Source of the DNA: the human T2T-CHM13v2.0 reference genome, Homo sapiens | DNA: 64,000 nucleotides | NCBI RefSeq assembly: GCF_009914755.1 | Contig: NC_060928.1 | Strand: one strand, 5' to 3' | In this document: one piece after another, positions 13,897 through 26,620 of the stretch | Layout of the letters: each line of letters opens with the position of its first letter | Numbering within the stretch: position 1 is the first letter of the stretch | Notes under the pieces: generated by a model | Told to the model about the DNA's origin: nothing | Seen by the model: the letters and a program-made list of their open reading frames with translations, nothing else | The model's database searches: none | Made by a program: the position numbers and the translations under genes

Positions 13897-15384
13897 TGTT
13901 ATGTGGAAAAAAAAACACACTAAAACTCAAAGCGCTTTTTCTATCCTGTTATTCAACAACAATCATCAACACAGAAGACTTATGAGACTAAATGTGTGAG
14001 AGTGTCTCCCACACACGAAAGGGTATCTCCCCACACACGAAAGGGTGTCTCCCCACACACGAAAGTGTTTCTCCCACACACGAAAGGGTGTCTCCCCACA
14101 CATGAAAGGGTATCTGCCCACACACGAAAGGGTGTCTCCCCACACACGAAAGTGTTTCTCCCACACACGAAAGGGTGTCTCCCCACACACGAAAGGGTAT
14201 CTGCCCACACACGAAAGGGTGTCTCCCACACACGAAAGGGTATCTCCCCACACACGAAAGGGTGTCTCCCCACACACGAAAGTGTTTCTCCCACACACGA
14301 AAGGGTGTCTCCCCACACACGAAAGGGTATCTGCCCACACACGAAAGGGTGTCTCCCACACACGAAAGGGTGTCTCCCCACACACGAAAGGGTGTCTCCC
14401 ACACACGAAAGGGTGTCTCCCCACACACGAGAGGGTGTCTCCCCACACACGAAAGGGTGTCTCCCACACACGAAAGGGTTTCTCCCACACACGAAAGGGT
14501 GTCTCCCCACACACGAAAGGGTTTCTCCCACACACGAAAGGGTGTCTCCCCACACACGAAAGGGTTTCTCCCACACACGAAAGGGTATCTCCCCACACAC
14601 GAAAGTGTTTCTCCCACACACGAAAGGGTGTCTCCCCACACACGAAAGGGTTTCTCCCACACACGAAAGGGTTTCTCCCCACACATGAAGTGGCAGACAT
14701 CTGCTAAGTGTCCCCTGATTCAACTCAGTTCCAATGCTGTCCACCTGGAGACAGCCTCAGACCCCATAAAGTGAAGGATCCGTGCCACAAGACCGCCCCT
14801 GACTTCAGACGCCAATCAGTAAGTGCAAGTGGTTTTCCTTGTACTTCTGAGCCCCCCAGCCCCCGACCCTGGCTATAAATCAGAATTCCCACGACCCCAT
14901 CCTGTGGTGCAATTAATTTGCTAGGGCTGCTCACAGAACGCAGGGAAATACGTTTACTGGTTACTATAAAGGATATTACAAAGAATACAGATGAAAAGAT
15001 GCATAGAACGCGGTATGGGGAAAGGGGCTGGAGCGTTCGTGCCCCCCACCCACACTGGCCTGTTACTCTCCAGGAATCTCCATGTTATTCAGCTATCTGG
15101 GAGCTCCCTGAACCCTGTCCTTTCGGTGGTTTTGTGGAGACTTCATTGTGTAGGCATGATAGATTAAATCATTGGCCATTGGTGATCTACCTTGGGCCCC
15201 TCTCCCCTCCCTGGAGATTGGGGGGTGGGGCTGAAAGTCCCCCCCTCTAATCAGGCTGTGGTCTTTCTGGTGACCAGCCCCATCCTGAAGCTACCTGGGG
15301 GCTGCCAGCCCTCACATCACTTTGGAGATTCTAAGAATTTTAGGAGCTGCATGTCAGAAAATGGGATCAAAGAGTAAATACACA
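13897..15384 (-). mobile_element. MER21-family LTR containing an expanded minisatellite
   Basis: CCACAAGACCGCCCC..ACTTCAGACGCCAATC..GGCTATAAATCAGA..TTAATTTGCTAG..GCTCACAGAAC matches recalled reverse MER21; ends approximate. Confidence 0.8.
14000..14690. repeat. Minisatellite, 32 units of 21-22 bp, consensus GGGTGTCTCCC(C)ACACACGAAA
   Basis: Units read directly; head-to-tail with no spacers; variants GGGTAT, GTGTTT, GGGTATCTG, GGGTTT. Confidence 0.98.
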
Positions 15385-16129
15385 TCGTGGGTGTCTTTGC
15401 TACGAAGTAAGCTCTATGATAACTGGGACAGTGTATATCTTTCTGGCCATTGTATTTTTACAGCTAGATGTATCCAACACATAGTTTATATCATTAAATA
15501 TTTGTGAAGGAAATGAGTGAATGGAAATAATTGACCTTGCAGGCTGCAGTGACTGAATAACTATTGAAAAAAGGTGGATATATTTACAGAAAATAGTAAT
15601 TTCATTTTTACAGTGTTTAAGGATGGGAGTCACCTCTGTTGACTAGAGCTTAACTCTGCAGTTTAATTTTTTAAGAAGGTCTATGGAGGTAAGACAATGA
15701 ATAAAGAACATTAAAGAAAATAGAGCTATATCTGAACAACTTGGGGAAAATTACAATAATGGGGAGGTTGGTGAAGGAGGAAATGCATGTGATTGGCTGA
15801 GATAGAGCAGCCTCTTTTACTTAAGGTTGCTTGCCTTTTCTTACTCTCTTTTCTAAAAACAATGTCAAGACTCCCAGCTCAAAATGCTAATTTGCATTTG
15901 GTTTGGAAAAATATTCCTATATTTTAAATACATGAATTTCTACAGTAAGAACCATTAGAACATATAGAAATTACAGGCAGATCAGTATTAAGCTTCTGCC
16001 ACACGGTAACTTTATAACTGATAATACAAACAAATCAGTGCAACCAAATTTTTTAGGGGAGGAATTTAGTAAACTTTGTTCTCAAGAAATGGGAGCTGTC
16101 ATTCAGAAGATATTCTGTCAGTTCTCAAT

Positions 16130-16460
16130 TTCCAAATGCTTGTGAATTTTAGTCCCTTTTGTGGTTGTTACTAGTTTCTATCTTTATTGAATTGTGGTTA
16201 GAAAACATAGTTTGTGTTACAATAGTTCCTTGCAATTTGTTTTATGGACCAATTTTTGTAAATGTGTCTGAAATGAATGCATATTCTTCAGTTAGATGAA
16301 GGAATCTATGTCCATTAGATATCTTCCATATATTTGCTGATATTTTGTTTTTACTTTCACAGAGAGTGGTATATTAAAAATGTCCCACTATAAAGGCAAA
16401 TTTGCCACTTCTTGTAGTTTTTTTTTTTTTTTTTTTTAGCTAAACTATTAGCTGTGTAGA
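16130..16460 (-). mobile_element. Old L1M fragment
   Basis: TTTATTGAATTGTGGTTAGAAAACATAG..GAGAGTGGTATATTAAAAATGTCCCACTAT. Confidence 0.55.
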
Positions 16461-16500
16461 TGAGGGAAGCTATAGGCTGCTGGTTGATTGAAGTCTCCAG

Positions 16501-16701
16501 CAGCTGTGATGTGGGGCCAGCATACACTGGCTTGAAAGGGCTGATTGCACGTCTGTTCCCAACTCTGTGTCTAGAGATTTCACGTCCGAAGCTGGAAATT
16601 GCCCCCGGTGGTAGTGTGTACACCATGGAAATCAGCAAGTGTCACAAATCAAGGCTCTTTCCCTCCACCCTTCAGAGCACCAATTCACCAGCACACCAGT
16701 G
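16501..16701 (+). mobile_element. MER63A-like hAT MITE
   Basis: Ends CCAGCACACCAGTG; internal TTCCCAACTC..TACACCATGGAAATCAGCAA..CAAATCAAGGCT. Confidence 0.7.
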
Positions 16702-16949
16702 CTTCTGGCATAATAAAGAGATCCTCCTTTTCTCTGAAAATGCTTTTTGCCTTATAAAATACTTTGATATAAAAAGTTATACAAGATTTCTTCTGATTAT
16801 TTGCTTGAGTTGAGAGCATGTTTCTCTAGGAAGAATTTGATTTGCTTCTGCCAGATATCTGGATGCACTGTCAAGCAGGATTACTGTTTAAATTTAAAAT
16901 ATCGGTTGATTACCAGAAGTGGTAAAATGAGACAGATGGGAACCAACTA

Positions 16950-17490
16950 GCAAAGCTGCATATGCATCTCCTACGACCCAGCAGTCTCTCTTGAAAGTGG
17001 AAGAGATAGATAGGCACACATATGCTTACCCAAGTCATGGCTGCCTAGATCACAATAGCCCTGCACTGGAAGCTGGCCAAGACCCAGCAACAACGAGGGT
17101 AGTCAGAGAAATGATGGTACAAATACTCAGTAGAAGACTGTATAGCAATGAGAATGAAAGAGCATCTACTACACACAGGAATTTGGATGAATTAAACGAA
17201 TGTAATGTTGAGAAAGAAGCCAGATGCAAGAGAGTAAATATTGCATGACTTCATTGAGATCAAGTTCTTAAACTAGCAAAAATAAAACCTTTGTTGTGCA
17301 AAATCAGGATACTGGTTCCCCTTTAAGGAGTAGAGTGGTTAGAAGGGGCTACCCAAAGGGCTTCCAGTATGTTGCTAATGTTTGTTTATTGATATTGGGG
17401 TATTCAGTTTGTGAAAATTCATCAACTTGTTCGCTATTATTTTGTGCCCCTTTCTGTATGTGTGTATTGTTCAATCAAAATTGAAATTAA
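16950..17490 (+). mobile_element. L1ME-type 3' end
   Basis: GACCCAGCAGTC..TATAGCAATGAGAATGAA..GTTTGTGAAAATTCATCAA..TTCTGTATGTGTGTATT. Confidence 0.7.
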
Positions 17491-20400
17491 ATTGTGGTCT
17501 TTGGGGATTCAATATTAATAATACTTCAGGCTCCAAGCCCACATAAATTCTCAGACCCATCTGAATTCTCTGGCTGTGTACTTTGAGGGGATATTCTTTC
17601 TTTCCTCCTGGAACCAAGGTGGGATAGTATAGGTTTACTGCCGTCTAGCTTTACCGAGTGGCGTTCTATCCATCACCTGTCTCACCCTGTCATTAATGCT
17701 ATAGCTTTCTTGAGTCCTGGTTTTATGCAGGGATCTCAGACCTTGTACAGACATAAAACCAAAATTCAAGGTCACCTGAAATTGGTGGACACACCCAGGT
17801 CGACTGTTGGCTTAAATGCTGTTTACCTCCCAGGACTCTTGCTTTTGACTTTGTTTCTGATCTTAAAAGATTTAAAAATTTTTTTATTTTCCTTATTTTT
17901 TTCCAAGTTCAATCATTCATTCATAAGAGTGGTGCTAATATTTCATCTACCGCTCTTACGTGTTTTATGACAGGAAGTTTTAGACCTCTTGCTGCAATAC
18001 TGTGAGATACAGAAGTCTTCCCCCAAGGTTCTTTCTCCCTATATTTTTAGGGGAAGAAGGAAGAAAAAGTGAGAAAGTGAGTCACAATCATTCAGTTTTG
18101 CTCATTACTATCGATTCAGTTGGTACAAATTCCGATTATGGTAGAGGCTGATAATACAGGAAGCTGGAAGATAAGAATTGAGTTCAAAGAATGTGGTAAA
18201 CTTTTGAACTGGTAAAATCCTTTTGATCTGTGTTCTAATGGTCAGTTATCTCATCTGCAAAATGGGAGTGGGGCTAGACTAGCTATTTCCTAACTTTGTC
18301 TTTCATGTTCGAAATTAGCAAAGTGATTTTAACAATAGCCTTAGGATCCCATTGAATTTTATCTCCTTTATCTAATAATTAATTAATAAATTAATAATTA
18401 AATTGTTTAAGAGTTATAAACTAATAAATTGAGTCATAAATGTTCTCTTATTTGTTCATGTGAAGTAATATCTTCTATTATTATAATTTAGCATTTTATA
18501 GTACTTAAAACCATTATTTTGCAGTGTCTATAAAAAGATACTGTTTTTTACTTTGGGAAATGGTGGTGATACAATTTGAGTTGAAATGTAACCATCATCA
18601 CAGTAGCCTAGGCTGTATTACCAGATTTATGTTTCTCATTTACAAATTGTAAGCACTTTTTCCAGTGTGTGTATGTGTGTGTTCCTATTTATCAAGTTGA
18701 TACATGAATGATAAACAAATGATTATAGTAATACAGTCATAGAACAATGAAATATCTCAGGAATTTAAGTAAAAATAATTTTTTTAAACTACTAAAGTTG
18801 TAAAGGGCATATAGTGAAAGACTCATATAAAAAGAATTAATAAACCCAATTTTTAGAAACTCGGTAACTACCTTTTTTTCCTGCACAAAACAAACATTCC
18901 ACTCACAGATCTGGGGGCTTCAGTTCCATTATTTTGCTGTTATTTCTTTGAGAGAGTGACTCATGAAATTTCTGCTTCCATCGTACTGAAACTCAGAGTT
19001 TTGTGCTGTTTAATGAAGCCCACATACTTCTATAACGTTTTGTTTTACCTTCTTGTCCCTCACTGTTTACCTTGGCTAGTGTGTAAAGCTTTTTAACTTA
19101 TGGCCATGTAATCAAGTTCATTTTAAGGCTGAGGCAGGTAACAAGTTGCCAGAAATATTATTTTTAAGTGCTTTATAGCAATGATCTAATCATTACCTTT
19201 ATTATGGCATTTAAAAGATAACATATAGTAAGAATCCAAGCATGGAAATATGAGAGCTCTGGATCCTTACCAGGTGGAACTATATGAAATTGCAGCTCAG
19301 AATGGTTGAATATTGTCAGTGATATATAATTCTACCTGATGCTGTCTACATAACTCTGGGCAAGTTTCTTCATGAGCTTCAGTCTTGTCTGCTCTAAGTG
19401 AGGATACTGCTCAGAGGACGAGTCTGAGGCATAAACATGGTCATCTATTTTATTGCCTTCAAACCATAAGGCATTATAAATATATATTGCCTGAAAATCA
19501 TTATGCATTTGGTAAAGTATTGTGGATTCTCACTTGCATTTTCACTTTAATCCCTATGGTATTAGTTTCATCTGGAAATGAGGTTTGGATCAGGAGATAA
19601 AGACATGTGAGAATATTGGCAAAGCAGGGGCTAGGATGACACACACATACACACAATCTAGGACATTGAAGAAGTCACCTCTTAGAAAAAAAATTAATAG
19701 AATCTGGGAGATTTTACACCCAATTTTAGAAATGACTGGGCTGGTCATTTAGACATTTGCTCTCTTCATTGTCACCACCTCCTCTGCCTTCTCATTCACA
19801 GATAAAAAGATAAATCCACTCCTGGATAAAGGAAGTTTCTAAAATGCGCACAATGGAATAAAAATGTTTTCTAAAACTCGCCTATGCAGGGAGTTGCTAG
19901 AGGCCGCACTGTCCTCCTGGTGCCCGAGGAAGCCTCTGCCCGTCATCTGGCAATGGTCTATGGTAACACTGCTTACACATGGGCTCTGAAATGCTTACGG
20001 ATGAGTAGTAAGATTTTCTCATACCATTATAAAAAAACTGAAGCCAAAAATAGAAATTCGAGAGTGCAAGTGGGTCAGTATTTGAAAAAAAAATTATATA
20101 CACACACACACCAAACTGAAGCAAGCTGTAATCTGTTTGGCAAATGTATTGAACTGCATGTGTTCCCCATACATTAGCAAGTCTGAAACAATACCTCTGT
20201 GTTAAACTAAAAGATGGACATCAGGCAAGCAGGCTGCACCTGCCCCTAATGGAGCTGGGGGAAAAGACACATGAGTACAGAAGCTGTTGGGAGTGTTTAC
20301 GGAATCGGGGGCTGGTGGGCGTCTCTGCAGAAGGAGAGCAGGGCCTGTGAAGCGGGTGCCGTGGAGAAGGGCTGCTGTTGGAATGGAGGCCAGCTGCACG

Positions 20401-20999
20401 CAGGGTGAGGACAAGAGAATGCTGCTCAGGCTCAGGGAGTTTTAGCTTGTGATGTCACAGCTGGTGTGGGCATCACAGATTCCCAGTTTCATGTCTTTGA
20501 TAAATAATGGCTCAGTGGTTAGTACCCAGCCAGAGAAATTCAAAATAAACAACGTTTTGCTGCCTGTGACACTTCTTAAGATGACCACCGAAAGCACACT
20601 TTTATGTCTCATTCAGCCCGTGCATTGCCTACTAATATGCCTCGTATTAGTCACTGAGAAAAAACTCAAATGGCTTGTAGAATGGACATCTAGGAGTCTT
20701 GAATATGTCGTATCAACATTCCTAATAGTTTCATGTCAAAGACTATATATTAATATAACAAAGCACAAAACACATTGGGCTGGAAATGATAGTTGCTTAT
20801 TTCAACTTGTTCGTATGTCATTATATGGAGTACTGATTGAATATACAGAATTTTGGTTAGCACCTTTCATATTTATCAGTAATATCTTGAACTTCTATTG
20901 CCCTTCAAACAAAGATTGTCTTTTAAAAAAGATAAGCAGAGAAGGAATAATATAAATGTGAAATGGGTTTTATGTCTTGTTTACCCTTAACCTAAGTGT

Positions 21000-21255
21000 C
21001 GCATAGGTAGAAACATAGCATTTGGAGTCAGAAAGAGCCAAGTTTGAATTTCAGTGCTACCATTTTATAATGATAATGAAAATAACATTGAGTTAATATT
21101 TATTGAATGCTTACTGTATGCAAGGCAGTATGTATAGGGCATTATCTACCGTCATTATCTGTATTATCTATATTCTATTACCTATATTATCTATAATCTT
21201 ATTGTATTATTATATAATCTATAATCTTATTGTAACCCTAAGATGTAGGTGATTA
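21000..21255. mobile_element. MIR fragments around an AT-rich low-complexity patch
   Basis: TTTGGAGTCAGA..; ATTTATTGAATGCTTACTGTATGCAAGGCA. Confidence 0.55.
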
Positions 21256-21792
21256 GAAAATGCATCTGTTCCCATAGCTCCAGCTCCCATCTCCTTGAAG
21301 AATTCCCTGTTTGCATCTCTGGGTCCTGTCCCTTTCCCAAGCTCCAAGCCTACATCTTGGCTTCGCTGACAATGCTCCACCATTCCGTCAAACACAATAT
21401 GTCCGATATTGAATTACCACCACCCCAATGCCCCCCAAACTAGTTTTCCTATGCCTCAGACATTCTTACTTCTATGAAGTGTGCCTTATTTGTGTAAAAT
21501 GTTACCCATCCCCTAGATAGGATTTCTTCCTTTCCCTCCCCCTACATATTCATTTAGTCACTAAGTTTGCAGTATTTCTTATCTTGATCCTCTCTTTTCT
21601 ATTCCTGCAGCTAGGATGCTTAATAACACTGCCATAACTGGTCCCTCTTTAGATTCTTGGCCATGAAAATCAGTGAAACCCTTCATCCTGCCTGGATATA
21701 ATGCTACATTTAGTCCATTCACCTCTCCCTCCTCCCATTTCACACCATCTCTCTTCTCAAACCCCACTTATCTGCTGTCCTTACCACCCACA

Positions 21793-22107
21793 TGCTATGG
21801 TCTGAGTACTTGTGCCCCCAGAAAATTCACGTGTTCAAACTTAATCTTCACTGCCATAGTGTTAAGAGGTGGGGCCATTAGGAGATAATTAGGATTAGTG
21901 CCCTTATAAAAGAGGCCGAAGGGAGCTGCTTTCTCTTTCCACCATGTGAGGATGCAGTGAGGAGATGCCATCTATGAATTAGAGAATGAGCTCTTTTGAT
22001 GCCTTGATCTTGGATTTCCCAGTCCTTAGAACTGTGAGAAGTAAGTTTCTACTGTTTATAAGCCAGTCTATGATATTTTGTTATAGTAGCCCAAATGGAC
22101 TAAGACA
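21793..22107 (+). mobile_element. MLT1A-type MaLR LTR
   Basis: TGCTATGGTCTGA..GATTAGTGCCCTTATAAAAGAGGCC..AGCCCAAATGGACTAAGACA. Confidence 0.85.
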
Positions 22108-22246
22108 TGACATCACTGCGAAAATAGGAGCAGTCGTAAGACAACTTCATCAGCTGCCACCTGTGTTGCTCCATTATCATCTGTAGCGTGTATGGCGACT
22201 GCCTATTCTATTCTGCTTCCTGTCTGAAACCAATACGGTGGTTCCT

Positions 22247-22856
22247 GTGGTAGGCAGAGAGGTCTCCCTTAAAACCCCCATGCCCTAATCCATGGCACCC
22301 GTGGCTACATTGTTACATGGCAAAAAATGATCTTACAGATGTAATTAAGGTTACACATGAAAATAGGGAGATTATCCTGGACCATCCATGTGGGCTCCAT
22401 TTAATCACATGAGCCTCTAGAGCAGAAACTTTCTATGCCTGAAAACAGAGAGATGCAGCAGAAGTCAGCAAGATTCAATACCCGTGCAGGACTTGATGTG
22501 CTGTTGTTGGTTATCACAGAGGGAGCAATGTGATAAGGAATGTGGGAGATCTTAAAGGCTGAGGGAGTCTCTTTGCTGTCATCCAGCAAGGAAGCAGGGA
22601 CCTCAGTCCTACAAACACAAGGAACTGATCTTCCAACAACCTGAGAGAGTTTGCAAGTGGATTCTTCCCTGGAGCTTCACATAAGAGCTCAGACTGCTCA
22701 ACACCTCGATTTTGGCCTTGTGGCATCCTGAGCAGAGGGATCAGCCAAGTCCTCTCAATCCCTACAGAGCTTCAGAAACCTCGAGATCATCAATTTGTGT
22801 TTCAAGCTGTCAAGCTTGTGGTCATTTGTTATGGTAGCTGTACAGAGCGAAAATAG
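22247..22856 (+). mobile_element. MLT1E-type MaLR LTR
   Basis: TGTGGTAGGCAG..CAGATGTAATTAAGGTT..GGGACCTCAGTCCTACAA..TTTGTTATGGTAGC. Confidence 0.8.
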
Positions 22857-23700
22857 ATCTCGCTTCTGTTTGTTTACTCAAGGACATTGAACCCCCGTAA
22901 TTCTCTCCTCTCTCATGCGTCATCAGCTTTTCTTCTCTGTTGACTCATTCCTTATCAGCTCATGAAATATTATTTCTTGCATCTTAAAATGTACAAGCAA
23001 ATCTCTCTAGACTGTGTTCCCCTCCAGCTACTGCTTTATTTCCCTACCATCCTTGAACAGTTAAAACTCCTTCAAGGAGTTGCCAGTAATATCTCCCCTT
23101 CCCTTTCCAGTTTTCTCTTCCCACTCCAATCGGGCATTTAGCACCTCACACAGCACCCTTACAATCTTCTTGAAAGAGCCATCAGTGACCTCTATGTTGC
23201 TAAATCCAAATGTTCAACTCTAAGTCCTCATCTTACTTGACCTATATCCATCATTTGACATAACTGATTCTTCTCTTTTCCTTGTAACGCTTTTTCATTC
23301 AGCTTCCAGAGCTCCACAATTCAACTTTCTTCCTCATTCACCACCTCTCTTTCTCAATTTATTTTGTTTGGTTTTTCCTCATTTTCCTGGATTCTTTATA
23401 TTGTCACAACATTTGGTCCTGAGACCACTCATTTCTTTGATGTCCACAGCTAGTCTTTAAATACCATCCATATAGTCAACTCCAAAATTTGTTTCTCCAG
23501 CCTGGACCTCTACTCTGAACTTGTCTGTCTCGATGCCCACTTACCTTTACGTTTGGTTGCCTAACATTCATCTCAAGTGTAACAAGTCCAAAATCCAACT
23601 CTTATTTTTCTCCCCAAAACCTGCTTCTCACACAGTCTTTTTCTACCTCAGTGAATTATAATTCAATCTGTATGCAGGACAAAATGACATTGGAGCCATC
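22857..23700 (+). mobile_element. L2 fragment
   Basis: GACCTCTATGTTGCTAAATCCAA..GTCCTCATCTTACTTGACCT..TCCAGCCTGGACCTCT. Confidence 0.75.
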
Positions 23701-26620
23701 TGCATAGGACATCTCTTGCATTTGACTTCCTATCCTTTTAGCCCATCATTTGCTCTAACCACTGTTGCTGCAATGAGCTTTACACAGGTTCTCTGCAGCA
23801 ATTTGGCCTCACTGCACTGCGTATATCTCACTTTCTTCCTTGGAGCCTTTCTGTCACCAGAGCCTGGGGTATTTGCATTCAAGTATGTCTAACTGGGGAG
23901 ATGGAGTCAGTGGCTAAAAAGGTCTGCTTTCTGTGCCTCAAGTGCAGGACACACAGCTCCTCTAAGATGTCAGCTGTCAAGGCCCAACTGGCATCAGCTG
24001 TAACCAGCTGAAACCTGCATCCCTGTGTTAGCTCTTTCCTTGTTCCTATTTTCCTTTCTGTGCTCTTCCTTACCTGTTTCCTAGGATCGATTCCACAAAT
24101 AAAGCACATGCATACAGCTTTCTGTTTGGTACCAGAATTGACTTAGAATTCAGATCTTCAGGATGAGGATCAGGAGCTGGATCATTCACAGGCCAGAGAG
24201 TGATAAGAGCACCACTGCTGTCGGCAAGTCAGGGAAGCCCTTCCATGCCGGAGCAGCACAGTTACTCTCAGTGAAAGCCACAGGCTCAGGCTGGCCAACT
24301 GTCACATCAAGGAATGCTGGGAAAGCAAAAGTCCCCAGGGCAGTGTTTATAGAGACTTTTATATCCAGTGGTGCTAGAAAAATCCATGATGAACCCCTCA
24401 AGGGAGGGTTACAGCATAGCCTACTAGAGGTCTGGAACAAGACCATGTATTCTGCAGCAAAGAAAAGGTAACTGTTGGGAGGGTAGCTATTGCAGTGTTG
24501 CTGGGCCCTACTAGAGACTGAGCACCTGATCATGGGACATCATGACTGGGGTGATGTCCATGGTGAGCTGGATATTATCAGTCCAGGTGGATGCAGCAGC
24601 AATGTCTCTTATGATGGAAATGGTACATTTCTGATGAGCCTCAAGTAGGCTCAGGAGCCACAGGTGAGTCACATTTAGTATGTGACTCAGAATCCTTTGT
24701 TCTCTATGTTATAACTCCTTTGTTATAGCTATGGTCTCATGGGGGCTCCCTATGACCAATCGGCAGAGGAAGAACAAAATTAGGCCTGGGTCCCAGGTGG
24801 ATCAGCTCAGTATCTTGGTGCTAGCCATAAGTAGACTGCAGCCGTACTGCCGCTCACTTAGGGATGGCCTTACAGAACCACGATGAAGGAAGATCCTCCC
24901 AGTGGACAAAACTGCAAGCAGCATACCGGAATGCTAGTATTATACGGAGCTTTAGGGTAAATATGGGCTTCAGGGCAGTGTTAAATAGCTTGGCCAGTTG
25001 GTCAAGGGCTTAGAAGGAGCAAAATTAGAAAACTGGAAATAAGGAAATCCAAGGAAGAGGGATATCGATCCATAAATGGGAGTGGGCACAAAATGTGTCC
25101 GTCTTTGTGTCCTAAGATAATTCCCATCACAGAACATCAACACAGAAGAGCCTTGAATAGCCTGTTGGGCATCATGACTGATCATGCAGGCAAGACAGCC
25201 ACAGGCCTTGACTACCCCATTCTTGTGCAATGGGACTATGAGTAGTGTGGCCATTGTGGTGGGAAGGGGGACTATGCATGGCCCCAGGCTGACCTAGCTG
25301 CTGCCAGTACTCAGTGCCCAACCTGCCAGCAACAGACGCTAATGCTGCGAACCCTGTGAGGAGAGGCCAGCCACTTGGTTGAAGTGTGATCATTGAACCC
25401 TCTACTCTGGCAGGGATAAACATTCTTCTTTACCAGAAATGATGGAAACTCTGGGTTTGGGTTTTCCTTGTTTGCCTGCAGTGTCTCTCCCAGAGCCACC
25501 ATCTTAGGGTGGCATTTCAGAATGCCTGGTTTACCAGTATTGGTTTTTGCAACAGTGCTTCAGATCTAAGGACCCCCATCTGCTTTTGTTTTTTTGCAAA
25601 GAAACGCAACAGTGGGTATGTAACCTTGAGGTCCCCTGGATCATGTACAAACACAACCCAGGAGCACCTGGCCTCATAGAAGGAGAAGAAAATGACTTAT
25701 TAAAGACTTATGTAAGGTACCAGTTTGAGAACACACTCTACAGGATTGGGTTGCTGTCTTCAGGGTGAAGTTGTATTTATTGAAGCAACAATCAATATAT
25801 GGTACTTTGTCTAACAGAATACACAGGTTCAGGAAACAAGGAATAGAAATAAGATTGGCTCCATCACTCCCAGTGACTCATTTGCAGAATTAGTACTTCT
25901 TATTCTTGTCAGCTTATTGCTCTACTGGATTAGAGGTCCTGGTTCCTAGGGTAAGGGTGGAGATGCATTTCTGGATGATATGATAAGAATACCACTGAAC
26001 TTGAAACCATGACCACTGCCAGGTCATTTTGAATAGTTCATGATAGTGGATCATCAGATAAAGACGGGAGTTTTGTGTTTGTTACCATAGAGAGTCAGAG
26101 TTGCTGCTACATAACAAAGGCAGGAAGATACATGTCTGGAAGCCAGGAAATTCAATGAGATGTCTCCATACTTCCATGCCCTCAATAACTATAAATGCCC
26201 AACAATGGTAAGGCAACTAAATACTCCGATTCTTAGAGATGAAGGTCTGGGTTACTTCACCAGGTCATCAGCTTAGACCTGCTGAACTGGTAGCCAAGAA
26301 TGAGGATATTGAGAATGAGTCCTGGAGGACGGATCAGTTGGAGTAGTGGGTCAGAAGTTTCTTCCACTCTTCCTCCCATATTCTTCCTGTATTAAGTCTG
26401 TGGAAGAGACTGTGGTCAGCTCATACCCTGAAGGTTCTTGGCAGACAAGTTTTAATGGAAAGCCTGAGTGGGTCTGGGGAGTGCAAGGAGAGGATTGTGT
26501 CTGGCCATTCTTGTGCCCTCACATTCTCTTGGCCCATGGTTCATTCCAGTCATTTGTGTAGCAACCAACTTTGGATAGGGAGAAACTGACAGCTCCTTCT
26601 CTTGGGCACACTCTATATCC
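23701..26620 (+). mobile_element. Internally deleted ERVL-class provirus (LTR16/ERV3-16A3-like): 5' LTR, pol relics, partial 3' LTR
   Basis: Degenerate translations resemble ERVL pol: CWALLETEHLIMGH (about 24500), AWVPGGSAQY and EGRSSQW (RNase H, about 24785-24905), CPTCQQQ (integrase Zn finger, about 25315), LEVLVP (dUTPase region, about 25930); purine tract then TG at about 26496. Confidence 0.75.

Noticed and set aside
14000-14690. CRISPR-like or ribozyme-like array (short repeats ending GAAA)
   Set aside because: Units are contiguous with no unique spacers, there are no cas genes, the context is primate DNA, and the units lack a hammerhead CUGANGA core.
13966-14774. Six overlapping 199-254 aa ORFs on both strands
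   Set aside because: The minisatellite unit has no stop codon in any frame, so all six frames are open; the peptides are just the repeat translated.
19890-19925. CTCF-like motifs
   Set aside because: Only partial matches to the core; not distinguishable from background without a PWM scan or ChIP data.
20449-20955. 168-aa ORF in unique sequence
   Set aside because: No recognisable domain, composition typical of random AT-rich ORFs, and no convincing splice boundaries.
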